DNA of 64,000 nt, from IMG/VR virus record IMGVR_UViG_3300046507_000667, positions 1 to 64,000 of that record; one strand, written 5' to 3'. Shown piece by piece: positions 8,893-18,902 of this stretch. Below the pieces are notes generated by a model. The model saw only the letters and a list, made by a program, of their open reading frames with translations. It had not been told where the DNA came from and made no database searches. The position numbers and the translations under genes are program-made. The first letter of the stretch is position 1. Each line of letters begins with the position of its first letter.

Positions 8893-9592
8893 TATATGGA
8901 AGAATGATCTTTACATCATCTTTCGCCGACGTAGAGATATTGAATGGATTGAAAGTACAAAGAGGACGATCTTCATAATTGATGTTATCTTTCAAGAAGC
9001 TAAATCCTGATACTAGATCATAAAGTCGGTCTGCTGGACTTGGTGTATTACCTTCTTTAATATCTAAGAAATGCTCTGTTTCTTTGTAAATATTCTTAGC
9101 GTATGACTCAGTAGCAATTTTGTCACAAGCTTCATTATATTGAATACCTGAATGACCTTTATACCATTGAAAGTCTAGCTTAGTAATGGTAAATTCTTCT
9201 TGAAGACGTCTACGAATAGCATAGAATGCCTTCCAGTAACCCATATTGGAGATAGGTTTACCGGTATTATTAGTCCATCCTTTCTTAGCCCAATTCCACA
9301 TCCACTCATTGTTACCCTTGACAGTATACTCTGAATCAGAGAATCCTCGGATACGAAAGTGAGTCTCTTTTTTATTGTAGTCAGGAAATGTAAGCTTTAG
9401 ATAATGGTAAATATAGAAAAGTGCCCATAAAGCAGAACCTGCTTCCATTTGCTGATTGGTAGTTTCATGTGATGTAATTTGACCAATATGCATTAGTTGC
9501 TTATCAAAATATGTCAAAATACCACCACCACCTGGTCCTTGTTTCTTATTGGCACCATCAGTGTGAAACTCAATCAAATGTACTGTTGCCAT
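8849..9592 (-). CDS. rnhA: ribonuclease HI
   Basis: FHTDGA, TTNQQME, SDSEY, W..KGW, KGHSGIQYNEACDKIA catalytic motifs. Confidence 0.95.
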   Translation of the reverse strand: MATVHLIEFHTDGANKKQGPGGGGILTYFDKQLMHIGQITSHETTNQQMEAGSALWALFYIYHYLKLTFPDYNKKETHFRIRGFSDSEYTVKGNNEWMWNWAKKGWTNNTGKPISNMGYWKAFYAIRRRLQEEFTITKLDFQWYKGHSGIQYNEACDKIATESYAKNIYKETEHFLDIKEGNTPSPADRLYDLVSGFSFLKDNINYEDRPLCTFNPFNISTSAKDDVKIILPYIDEKIRHGFKRYLE

Positions 9593-9628
9593 GATTTTCC
9601 TAAAAAATATTATTATTTATATGTAGAT

Positions 9629-9657
9629 TCCTATACCTTCACTTGGAAGGTATAGGA
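9629..9657 (-). terminator. terminator, CCTATACC family
   Basis: TCCTATACCTTC-ACTTG-GAAGGTATAGGA; core identical to 18130-18156. Confidence 0.8.
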
Positions 9658-9663
9658 TTTCTA

Positions 9664-10143
9664 TCAGAATAATGAAGTTGGTTCTACACCAATAATTAAT
9701 GATTGACGTGCTTTAATTGCAGCAGCATCACCATACATAATACCAAACTGAGTTGGAATCTTAGTACGGATACCATTAATTACTAACTCAGGCATTGCGA
9801 TATTTGGGAAAGTATCTATACCAACACGGCATTGAATAAATACTTTACTATTTGAAAAGTCACCTGTGGTAATCTTATAAAAATTCTCAAGGCACTTAAC
9901 AAGTGTATTTAAGAATTTATTTTCATCACCATAATTGTAACTAAAGACCCAAGGTGTAACTGACATTGCATAAGGGTTGATCACATTCTTCATAAACTCA
10001 GCATCATAGTCTTTACTGACATCGATAACAAAGTTTTTATCTACACTTACTGCAGTTTTAATTGTTTCATTAGTACGAGTACTAATGATATCCTGTGGTT
10101 CTAAAAGCTTATATGAAAAGCTTACTGTACCATTTGTGCTCAT
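9664..10143 (-). CDS. hypothetical protein
   Basis: 159-aa ORF, GGAG SD. Confidence 0.75.
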   Translation of the reverse strand: MSTNGTVSFSYKLLEPQDIISTRTNETIKTAVSVDKNFVIDVSKDYDAEFMKNVINPYAMSVTPWVFSYNYGDENKFLNTLVKCLENFYKITTGDFSNSKVFIQCRVGIDTFPNIAMPELVINGIRTKIPTQFGIMYGDAAAIKARQSLIIGVEPTSLF

Positions 10144-10172
10144 GATTGCTCCTAGATATAATATTTATTTGT

Positions 10173-10643
10173 CTAGTGATTGATCACTTCACCCGGTCCT
10201 GGTTCTCTTATCTTATAAGTAAAACCAAAATTAAATTCTTGAGTAGGTTGATCACCTAATAAGGTCAACTCATCAAAGACCTTTTGACGAAATGCAGTCC
10301 AACTGTCCATATGAGTAGGAATTGCAAAACTAAGATTCAAAAGAGTTTGAGTATCTGGATTAATCCTTTTAATTTCTTCTTTAAAAGAAATCATTAGCAT
10401 TACCATTTCAAGGGTATATTGCTTCAAGAAATAAGCTTGTGTGCTAATGCTAATATCAATCATCATACCATAGTATTGATCATATACTACATATGGCGGA
10501 GTTCGATGACCTTTTCTTAAACTAGTACAGCATAAGACCTTCTTAAAGATATCCCTTATTTGTTTCCTATCAAGAATAAAATTATCGACATTAGGAAAGC
10601 CAATGATTTCTTGACTATCAAGACCTTGATAGATCAAATGCAT
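10173..10643 (-). CDS. hypothetical protein
   Basis: 156-aa ORF coupled to upstream stop. Confidence 0.75.
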   Translation of the reverse strand: MHLIYQGLDSQEIIGFPNVDNFILDRKQIRDIFKKVLCCTSLRKGHRTPPYVVYDQYYGMMIDISISTQAYFLKQYTLEMVMLMISFKEEIKRINPDTQTLLNLSFAIPTHMDSWTAFRQKVFDELTLLGDQPTQEFNFGFTYKIREPGPGEVINH

Positions 10644-11180
10644 TTAGAACTCCAAGTATGGTACTGGTGTAGTACTACTTTGATTATAAGTAATAATAGC
10701 TAAATGAATACGAGCTTTTGGATGTTTGAAATCAAGACCCAATACATTATTAGTATCTTTTAAGAATCTAAAGATTTCATTTGATTTATCTTGAGCATAC
10801 TGCCAAAGTAGATCTCTATCATCAAGCATAGTTGCTTGTACATATAGGTATAAATTAAAATGAATAACTTCTAAATTTTCAGAAAATACTGATTGAGGAT
10901 ATTCTTGACCTACATCATAGGCTATATTAAGTAATCTATGAAGAAAAGCTAGAAAATTAGTAGGTTCTTTATAGATATCCTCATAGAAAGTACCGATACG
11001 AATTGTACTCTCGGCATGAATTACGGTTTTCTTACCAATAACAGCTGGATCTTTTTCAGCAGCTACTAAGAATTCACTTTGAATTTTTCTTTTGACTTCT
11101 TTATATTCAACTTCATTTAAATTGAAGTCATTTGGATATAGTGCCTTTTCAGCATAATGATGTCGTGAACCAATAATCAT
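10644..11180 (-). CDS. hypothetical protein
   Basis: 178-aa ORF with AGGAG SD below early promoter. Confidence 0.8.
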   Translation of the reverse strand: MIIGSRHHYAEKALYPNDFNLNEVEYKEVKRKIQSEFLVAAEKDPAVIGKKTVIHAESTIRIGTFYEDIYKEPTNFLAFLHRLLNIAYDVGQEYPQSVFSENLEVIHFNLYLYVQATMLDDRDLLWQYAQDKSNEIFRFLKDTNNVLGLDFKHPKARIHLAIITYNQSSTTPVPYLEF

Positions 11181-11209
11181 TTAATACTTCTCCTTATTAC
11201 ATCATTAAT

Positions 11210-11257
11210 ATAATATATTTACAATCCGTCATTAAAAATTCTTTATAAATATATTAT
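11210..11257. promoter_or_regulatory. divergent early-type promoters (AAATATATTAT on both strands)
   Basis: - copy 11220-11210, + copy 11247-11257. Confidence 0.7.
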
Positions 11258-11305
11258 TTTAATGCTGTAAATAATATTTTAACTATTAAGGAAGGCTATA
11301 CAAAG

Positions 11306-11701
11306 ATGACTGTTACTGCAGTAGTCGCTGAGTTAGAAACACTAATCCGTGATATCAATATTAATACACGGTTCTTAAAATCCTTAGAAGTTACATTAGT
11401 TGATCCGCTCGCTGGAGATAGTCGTGTTAAGGCCATTAAGATCTCGTACACTCTTTCACCTTCTAAATTCTTTCTGCTTGAGAATCTTCAAGTCTTCTCC
11501 TTTATTATTGAATCAGAATATTTCTCGCAAACGGACTATAGTAATATACTCAGAACATCAGAATTCCGTTGCGAATATCCAGGATCCAATTGCTTTGAAG
11601 ACGACATCTGCAAAAGTCTATTCTTTGAAGCGATGAAAGTTTGTCGGAAAGTATATCAATTGTATGAAAGCGAATTGATTACTGACGATGAAAAAGAATA
11701 A
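11306..11701 (+). CDS. hypothetical protein
   Basis: 131-aa ORF, AAGGAAGG upstream. Confidence 0.75.
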   Translation: MTVTAVVAELETLIRDININTRFLKSLEVTLVDPLAGDSRVKAIKISYTLSPSKFFLLENLQVFSFIIESEYFSQTDYSNILRTSEFRCEYPGSNCFEDDICKSLFFEAMKVCRKVYQLYESELITDDEKE

Positions 11702-11716
11702 ATTGTAAAGTTAAAA

Positions 11717-11746
11717 CCCCTATACCTTCTTTCGAGGGTATAGGGG
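11717..11746. terminator. bidirectional terminator, CCCTATACC family
   Basis: CCCCTATACC...GGGTATAGGGG between convergent genes. Confidence 0.85.
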
Positions 11747-11770
11747 AATAGTAAAATATCTATTTTTTTT

Positions 11771-12473
11771 TTATACTTCTTCTTCTTCACCTGAACCATC
11801 ATCCATACTTTCATCACCACCCATATCAGGTTGTGCATTAGCTGGATCATTAGTTTTGGTAATGGTTTCCTTTAATGATGCTTTAAGGAATGCTACCTTT
11901 TCAGTATCTACAAGTGCATTAAAGTCATCCCAATCAAAGTTGGTAATATACTTTTCTAGCATACCTTGTTTCAGTACACCAATAAATGCTTCATGCTGAT
12001 CATCAGGAATACCCTTAACCTTCAAGTTTTGTGTCAATGAATCAAGCAATGCAGAAACGTTATTAATCATTTCTGTAAGATTGGTCATATTCAAGCTTGA
12101 TGGTGATGGGAAAACGATACTGATATTATTTAGATCAAAATTAATGATATCTGCTGGATTATTCTTAGCTTCTTCACTTTGATCAGAACTATCACGTTCA
12201 TTTGATTTATACTCTAGATCATATAGACGACGTAAAAGTTTAGTATATCCTTCACCTAAAATACCTTGCTCAGAAATAATGTCTCGAATAAATCGACTAT
12301 TTTGCATTGAAAGAGTCTTTGCAAAATCAACATTCTCAACTTCTGTCAAATAGGATGAAGGAAGACCAATACCAGAAAAGATATTATTGCTTAACCAGTT
12401 TAAGAAATCATCATCAAGATTTTTAGCTGGCTGTGCATCAATATTCTCAAAAGTAACAGGCTTTTCACCATCT
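11771..12473 (-). CDS. portal protein, exon 2
   Basis: in frame with exon 1 after splicing (YYIPTI/DGEKP); spliced product 866 aa. Confidence 0.85.
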
Positions 12474-12695
12474 CTGGTGTAGTTTGTATGAATAGTTAAT
12501 TCATAATACTTATATTTTCATATAAGATCAGACTATATCTTTACCCTATAAATAGAGTATTTTCTGTTTCCATTTCACTTGAAATGTACATTATAGTCGT
12601 TGAACGTTCCTCTTAAGAGGCTTCGCTGCTGATCACCTTCATCATTACATGTTAAGGACTTCCAGCAATTAAGAAAATTTAACCACGACAGATGG

Positions 12696-13448
12696 TTATT
12701 TACCAAAAATTTCACTTAAACGTTCTTCAATATTTTCAGTATAGATGATACGATGTAAAGTAATTCCATTATCTTTACAAAAATTGTCTTTTACTGAATT
12801 ACGTTTAATACTTTCACTAAGATTATGGCCTGTAAATGCCTTAGATGTTTGAAAGTGCTGTTTACCATCGAATTCAATTAAGAAATATTCTGTATCCGAT
12901 ACATGTATTGCAAAATCAAAATAGAGTTTCCTATTTTTATCTGATTTACAATTATCAAAATAAACTTCAGTATCAAAAGAAATTCCATTATTTCTTAAAA
13001 ATTCTTCAATAGTTTTAACTCCTTTAGATACTTTAGGCAATTTACCCATATTACACTGTGGGCAACGCCTATTATCTAAAAATTTTATTGGAGCTACACT
13101 ATATTCATGGCCACATACATCGTGCCTAATTTTAATCTTAGTATCATTATTATAGTACTTCTCTAAAAAAGTATATTCAGAAGCATTTGGAAGCAATTTT
13201 ACTTGTTCTTCAAATTGCTCAGGTGTTTTTGCTCTGAGCTTATGAAGTTTCTTATACTTACAAGTAAAGCATCCACCTTTATTCTGAAGAAGGTCATTTG
13301 GACGAGACTCAAATTCATTACCACAAATAGTATGTCTAAATAAAATCTTGACATTATTTTTGATATATGTACCTAAAGCTTCGTACTCTGTACCCCACTT
13401 TTCTTTTAAAGTGTTGCAAAAATCTTCATGTGAAATTTTCTTTGGTAT
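12696..13448 (-). CDS. intron-encoded homing endonuclease (zinc-ribbon repeats + Vsr/DUF559-like PD-(D/E)XK domain); no in-frame ATG
   Basis: frame open from ATA 13448 (IPKKISHEDF): H..CG..F and CxxC repeats, C-terminal IEFDGKQHF; the 166-aa track ORF lacks the first repeat. Confidence 0.8.
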   Translation of the reverse strand: MPKKISHEDFCNTLKEKWGTEYEALGTYIKNNVKILFRHTICGNEFESRPNDLLQNKGGCFTCKYKKLHKLRAKTPEQFEEQVKLLPNASEYTFLEKYYNNDTKIKIRHDVCGHEYSVAPIKFLDNRRCPQCNMGKLPKVSKGVKTIEEFLRNNGISFDTEVYFDNCKSDKNRKLYFDFAIHVSDTEYFLIEFDGKQHFQTSKAFTGHNLSESIKRNSVKDNFCKDNGITLHRIIYTENIEERLSEIFGK

Positions 13449-13472
13449 AGCATGTAAAATAGTAATTAAACT

Positions 13473-13484
13473 TATTTACATGTT
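13473..13484 (-). promoter_or_regulatory. intron-internal late-type promoter for the endonuclease
   Basis: AACA TGTAAA TA, 24 nt upstream of ATA 13448. Confidence 0.6.
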
Positions 13485-13489
13485 ATTTT

Positions 13490-15387
13490 ATCGTGGGAAT
13501 GTAATAGTCGTTAAATTCACCTACCACATTCAAGATAGTCTGCATATCTAGATTATGTACACCGGTAATTTCCTTAGACTTTAAGTCACGGACAACCTGT
13601 TGTACAGATGCTGATGCATCATTATTTAATCCGATATCTACATATACTGCACGCTTATCTGCACCACGTAGTACATTCTGCATTAGAATAGTAACTAGTG
13701 TAGCAATATAAAGCTTTGCAAAGAATAGAATATTGTCAAAAATTGATTGACCACGATTGATATGAATAACTTCTTCAGGTTTTAAATAGACAATACGAAT
13801 CTTTTCATTACCTGTAAGCTTCTTAATAGCTAGACCTGAATAGATTGCATACTTCAATGTCTCATTCTTACGAAGAAGCTTAATATTTGAGTCTCTGCTC
13901 ATCTTATTTGCAAAGACATTAGCAATGAACATTAGACGTGCATCATCTACAGCATCAAGCTGTGGTGAACCATTTGGATTTTCAGCCTTAGCTTGATTAC
14001 CCATACGGTTATTACCATCCATACTGATATCATTACGAGCCATTACCATATTTTGAAGAATGGAACCATTGCCGCCTGATTGTGTAGCTGCTGGCATAAA
14101 GGTTACATTGTCTTCTGAGTCTTGACTCTTATCTGAAGGAAGTACTGTACCATCTGGATCAATTTCAACGATATCAAGATGGATATAACCTAGTACATTA
14201 CCATCAAATTCTAATGGTACAATATTAGCTGGATTGACACGCTTAAAGATAGGACGTTCACGACCACCTACAGGAACATCTTCAGGAGTTACCTTTCCAT
14301 CTTGCGGAGCACCCTTATTCTGTTGAGCAACGTTATTTTGCATAACAGAAGTAGGATCAACTCCAAAGAAGTTCATATTTACATCTTCAGATAAAGATGA
14401 AATTTGACTATGTTCCGCAGCAAGATGGCTAGAATTACCAATAATAAAGTGCTCTTGTAGAAATGTATCTACGTTTTTAAGTGCATCTGGAACTTTACTA
14501 CGATCAATACCAAATGCTTCTTGAACACCTTCAGATAACCACTTAGAATAATCTGATTCAGTACGCTGTGATGCTTCTGTAGACCATTCACTACCTTCCA
14601 TAAGACGTTTATCTTTGTCTGAAAGAATAGTAGTTAGTTTTTGATAAGTTCTTAATGGTTGCTCTCCAGCATGCTCAGAAAGCATCTTCTTGATCTGATC
14701 ATTCATTGATAGAGCTAAGAAGAATAACTTACCATTCTTAAGAAATGCTGTTACATCTTCTTTTAGCTTTTTATTGATATTATGATCAACAAGAAGTTTC
14801 TCAATACGTTCACGAATTACTTTTTGATCTTCTTCAGCTACACCTTCAGCATTAATATGGATCGATAAAGAATCTTTCGTAAAATCATCTGGAGAAATGA
14901 TTGTATTGGCAATTGTAGTAAGAGCTAAACGCATTTTAGGAATGATCTTAATGATCATATTGTAGGTAGCAATTGCATCACCTACTTTACGACGATTAAG
15001 GTCAATCATACTAGAAAGCTGTTGTTTATTGCTTGTTAGTACTTCATTTTTAATAGCATCTAGTTCTTTCTTAAATTTCTTACCATTCATACGACGCTGT
15101 GCAGCACCACTCTTTTGAGCTAGAGTGATCATTGTATCAGTAACTTCAACGTTATTTGTTGGATTACCTGCACTAGCGAATTGACCTAAAATCTTTGTGA
15201 TATTTAGGTCAATTTTTTGAGTAAGCTTCTTAGTTTTATCAGCTAGATCTAGATCATCATTATCCATCTCTAGCTGTTTTCTTTGAATCTTTTTTGTAGA
15301 ATTGTCAAATCTATCTTGCAGCTTTCTACGTGCTGAAGGAGAAATTGGACTAGTAAAGATACTATTGTCCTGATCCTTATCTGCCAT
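13490..15387 (-). CDS. portal protein (T4 gp20 / phiKZ gp129-like), exon 1
   Basis: RGADKRAVYVDIG resembles gp20 RAPERRVFYIDVG; spliced size close to jumbo-phage portals. Confidence 0.8.
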
Positions 15388-15399
15388 ATCGATTCCTTT

Positions 15400-16455
15400 T
15401 TAGACTTTTACTTGAAGCGTATTTGTAACTAGTGCCAGTACTTCGTTAAATAAACTTGTAAGCTGTGCAATAACACCCTGAAAAGTTACTAGAGTGTCTC
15501 CATAAGGACTAGTTAGAGCTAAACCATTGTTAGCTTTATACGTCAATGCTACTTTATTCTCAAAGAATAAGTATGTAAAGAGGTCAGTCAAATTGTATTT
15601 ACTGATATTATCGGAATTGGTAGTAGTCACTACGTCATCAGCATATACCGCTAGTTCAGTATTATTGTAACCACGACCTTTGATATTTAATTCAAAAATC
15701 CTTGAAGTTAAATAGTCATCCAATAGCTTTGAATAAGGTTGATAGTTAATAAGACTATGAAAAAATACTAGATTATCTGAAAATGTAGATGAATTACCTG
15801 AATAATCTACAATGAATGAAGCTAATTGATCATTATTGAATGTAGCAAATGGTTCCATTAAATAGGCCCACACTGCTTTCAATACTGTAGCACTTCTTCC
15901 AGTAATACTAGGATCAATAGTCCAGCTAGGTAATAATGCTGATACATCTGTGACATTATGAGTAGCTAATAAAGAAGAAGTTACCTTTTGATAGAATTCT
16001 TCCTTAAATGATGTCTCATTATCATAAATACTACCATTGGCTAGACCATATTCAACATATGGCGCTGATACTGTCTTAAGAGGTACCAACTCATCATACA
16101 TTGTAGTATTTAGCCAATCACTATAACCTGAGTAAAAACTCATTAATGGGGTTGGCTGACTATCTGTTCCAAGTAACCATTGTCTTGCATTGAAAGTCGT
16201 TGGTGTACCTGATGTGTCAGTAGAAGTATTGATCCTGTCATATAGATCAAAAAAATCCTGAATCGCTTGGTCATCTAAAATACTCATATTAGCTAGTTGA
16301 CTCAAATTAATTTGTCTAAGATAAAGCATAGACATAATTCGTTTGAAATTATCAACGTTGGTTAATGAATATAACTTAGAAAACACTAGGAAGGTCTTTG
16401 GAGTTACAAACCGATCTAGATAACTTTGTAAGTCACTATTGGAAATGGTTGTCAT
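15400..16455 (-). CDS. hypothetical protein, probably virion structural
   Basis: 351 aa, in late operon upstream of portal. Confidence 0.75.
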   Translation of the reverse strand: MTTISNSDLQSYLDRFVTPKTFLVFSKLYSLTNVDNFKRIMSMLYLRQINLSQLANMSILDDQAIQDFFDLYDRINTSTDTSGTPTTFNARQWLLGTDSQPTPLMSFYSGYSDWLNTTMYDELVPLKTVSAPYVEYGLANGSIYDNETSFKEEFYQKVTSSLLATHNVTDVSALLPSWTIDPSITGRSATVLKAVWAYLMEPFATFNNDQLASFIVDYSGNSSTFSDNLVFFHSLINYQPYSKLLDDYLTSRIFELNIKGRGYNNTELAVYADDVVTTTNSDNISKYNLTDLFTYLFFENKVALTYKANNGLALTSPYGDTLVTFQGVIAQLTSLFNEVLALVTNTLQVKV

Positions 16456-17498
16456 GATGTGGTCGCAAATTGAGTTGCAGTCTGAGATTGGACGTTAGCT
16501 TGGAATAGCTGATAATTAGTAAAGAAGTTAATAAGTGCATTATATGTACTTACTTCAGTAGCAATTAGTTTCGAATCAAAGAATGCAGAACCATAAATCT
16601 TTGTAAATAATACATAGCGTAGAAATACTACCTTACGGAATGCATTGATAAAATCAGCTTCATTAGCAATTAAAGCCTGATTAAAAATAGACTGCCAAGA
16701 ATAGTTTGGATCAGCCATCAACCTATTGATGGTAAAAGTACCATCTTTTGTTGTATCATTTGCATAATCCGTAGCCATTTCCTTAGTGAATGATGTTATA
16801 TTATCAACATAATTCTCATAGATGACATCTAGAAAGGATTTACGGTAAATATAGCCATTAATAGTATCAAAGCCACCCTTGATAGGAATAGTACCTTCAT
16901 TTGAATAGACAAAATAGCTATTATTAGTAGCTGTTGTCAATGCATTCATTAAAGGACTAATATCAAGATTGAAAGATGCCTTAATCTCAGAAATATTATT
17001 TTTGGCAGCAGCTAATAGTGTTTGAGCTACACTACCATTTACTAAAGCCATATAATTAGTACGTACAATATTGACATCATAGTACGAACCTGGAATGATA
17101 TTCAATGTGTCAAAAATAATCTGTGTACAAAACCGAATTGCTGATACACTTCGACGAGTAATACGTAGTCCAGCATTAGCCATCTGATCTTTTTCAAATT
17201 GGATCCAAGTTGGAAATGCTTTAATCTTATTTCGGTAGTAAGTATATTTACTAACTAGAGTATTTTGTCCATTTTCTACAGAGGTAATGAGTAACTTCAT
17301 TGACTCATTACTAATAGGCATTGTATATAGACTATTAATCTCTAATTGACCATATACTAGATAGTACATGATAGTATTGAGAATACTAGTATCTATAGTA
17401 TTAAGTGCTGCAATTACTCGTTTGATATCAGGATTTGTCATATCTAAAGTAGATAGATACGCATCTAAATCCGTTTTATTTACTAGAACTTGTGACAT
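16452..17498 (-). CDS. hypothetical protein, probably virion structural
   Basis: 348 aa, ATGA coupling; N-terminus resembles 15400 (s.sDL.aYL). Confidence 0.75.
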   Translation of the reverse strand: MSQVLVNKTDLDAYLSTLDMTNPDIKRVIAALNTIDTSILNTIMYYLVYGQLEINSLYTMPISNESMKLLITSVENGQNTLVSKYTYYRNKIKAFPTWIQFEKDQMANAGLRITRRSVSAIRFCTQIIFDTLNIIPGSYYDVNIVRTNYMALVNGSVAQTLLAAAKNNISEIKASFNLDISPLMNALTTATNNSYFVYSNEGTIPIKGGFDTINGYIYRKSFLDVIYENYVDNITSFTKEMATDYANDTTKDGTFTINRLMADPNYSWQSIFNQALIANEADFINAFRKVVFLRYVLFTKIYGSAFFDSKLIATEVSTYNALINFFTNYQLFQANVQSQTATQFATTS

Positions 17499-17507
17499 AT
17501 AAATCCT

Positions 17508-18041
17508 TTAATATGACGAAATCGGCTTAGTCGATAGTAAATCAGAAAACACTAACTGGACTTGCTTTACATCATCCATAGACAGATTTGCTACATTCAA
17601 CTCTTGAATGACTTCTTCATTCATGATTGGTAGAATTGAATTAATCTGATCTTGGGTAAGAGTCTGTCCAGTAAGCTTTGTAAAGTTCTCAGCAATGAGA
17701 GTTTGCATCGAAGAAATATCAGGCCTAAACATGACATTTTCTTTAATAACTTCTCCACCAAATAATCTAGCTGATAGATTATCTTTCATATTCTGAGCTA
17801 ACTGTTCATCAGTAAGACCAATTCGTGCATCAGTATTCTTATCGCCAAATCGATTATACTGTGCATCATTAGGTAGTAGCTTTCTGGTATCTTCAATATC
17901 TAGAGTACCAGCTAGAATTTGTTGCATAAGCGGTTTATAGTCAGAAATATCTGACCTAAGTAACGCTGCATAGAGATCAATATTAGTCGAATCAATAGGC
18001 AAAGCGTCAAATTGTTCTTTAAGTAAACTGATACTAGGCAT
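17508..18041 (-). CDS. hypothetical protein
   Basis: 177 aa, AGGA SD, first gene of portal operon. Confidence 0.75.
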   Translation of the reverse strand: MPSISLLKEQFDALPIDSTNIDLYAALLRSDISDYKPLMQQILAGTLDIEDTRKLLPNDAQYNRFGDKNTDARIGLTDEQLAQNMKDNLSARLFGGEVIKENVMFRPDISSMQTLIAENFTKLTGQTLTQDQINSILPIMNEEVIQELNVANLSMDDVKQVQLVFSDLLSTKPISSY

Positions 18042-18062
18042 GTTTTATCCTAATGCTTTAAT

Positions 18063-18074
18063 TAATTTCTTGTT
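18063..18074 (-). promoter_or_regulatory. late-type promoter AACA-N6-TA
   Basis: AACA AGAAAT TA upstream of portal operon. Confidence 0.7.
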
Positions 18075-18126
18075 ATAGCCTTATTTCTTTTGAAAAATAT
18101 ACAAAAAAGAAAACGAAGTAGAATAG

Positions 18127-18159
18127 AACCCTATACCTTCACTTGGAAGGTATAGGGTT
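18127..18159 (-). terminator. terminator, CCCTATACC family
   Basis: AACCCTATACCTTC-ACTTG-GAAGGTATAGGGTT. Confidence 0.85.
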
Positions 18160-18170
18160 ATCTAACTTAC

Positions 18171-18335
18171 TTATTTATCAGAAGATAATTTCTGCCATGA
18201 TGGTGAACCATAATAATGAATGGTAAAATCATCAGACATATGATTCATGAAATGATGTTCTTCTCTGGTACATGTAGTACCATCGGCCCATTCAAAAATA
18301 TCTTCAAGATCTGGTGTTGGTATTGAATTATCCAT
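18171..18335 (-). CDS. small hypothetical protein (54 aa, MDNSIPTPDLEDIFEWADG...)
   Basis: TAATG coupling to upstream gene; ends before terminator; below ORF-track cutoff. Confidence 0.65.
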   Translation of the reverse strand: MDNSIPTPDLEDIFEWADGTTCTREEHHFMNHMSDDFTIHYYGSPSWQKLSSDK

Positions 18336-18685
18336 TACTGGTTGGTCACATAAAAATCAAATTCTTCCTGTCGAATGACATTGATTTGTGTTACAAATGG
18401 ACCAGCGCCTTCATAAGCATCATTAATACTAGATGCACGAGGCAGATCAATATCAAGCCTTCCTCGGAATGGTTTGATAATCTGAATTGATGCAAGGTTA
18501 TGATACAGATTACGTGGGAAAGCTGTCTTCCAAGCATCAGCAATTTGGAAACGAACTGCGGAACCAGTATGAGCTTGAAGCATTAGCTCAATATTGTATC
18601 GTTGTTCCATAATTAATTCCTGGAATTTACGATAGCCTTCTTCATCAAAAGCTTCTAGCGCCACTTCTTGAACAACGTTTTCCAT
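18335..18685 (-). CDS. hypothetical protein
   Basis: 116 aa, coupled. Confidence 0.75.
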   Translation of the reverse strand: MENVVQEVALEAFDEEGYRKFQELIMEQRYNIELMLQAHTGSAVRFQIADAWKTAFPRNLYHNLASIQIIKPFRGRLDIDLPRASSINDAYEGAGPFVTQINVIRQEEFDFYVTNQ

Positions 18686-18900
18686 TAGTCTTCTACCTTT
18701 ACAAGATTGATTGCTGGAGGCATTTCGATTACTTTCTGCTCACTAAATACTTGATCCATCTTGTTGTGCCAATCCATAGTATCAAATGGATGTACTACAA
18801 CTTCGGAATAATCATTGATATCTTTATTTCCACGGAAATAAAGCTTTCCACAAGGAAATTCAAGAATATCTTTTGGATCTACAGGTCTTACTATGTCCAT
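18685..18900 (-). CDS. hypothetical protein
   Basis: 71 aa, coupled. Confidence 0.7.
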   Translation of the reverse strand: MDIVRPVDPKDILEFPCGKLYFRGNKDINDYSEVVVHPFDTMDWHNKMDQVFSEQKVIEMPPAINLVKVED

Positions 18901-18902
18901 TT

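Larger units (their letters stand above)
12474..13489 (-). mobile_element. group I self-splicing intron (1016 nt) in portal gene
   Basis: core AATTGCTGGAA, ATCAGCAG, GTTCAACGACTA, AAGATATAGTCT; IGS GTCGTGG pairs exon CCACGAT (U.G at splice site); P10 CCATCT pairs exon-2 AGATGG; terminal G at 12474. Confidence 0.93.
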
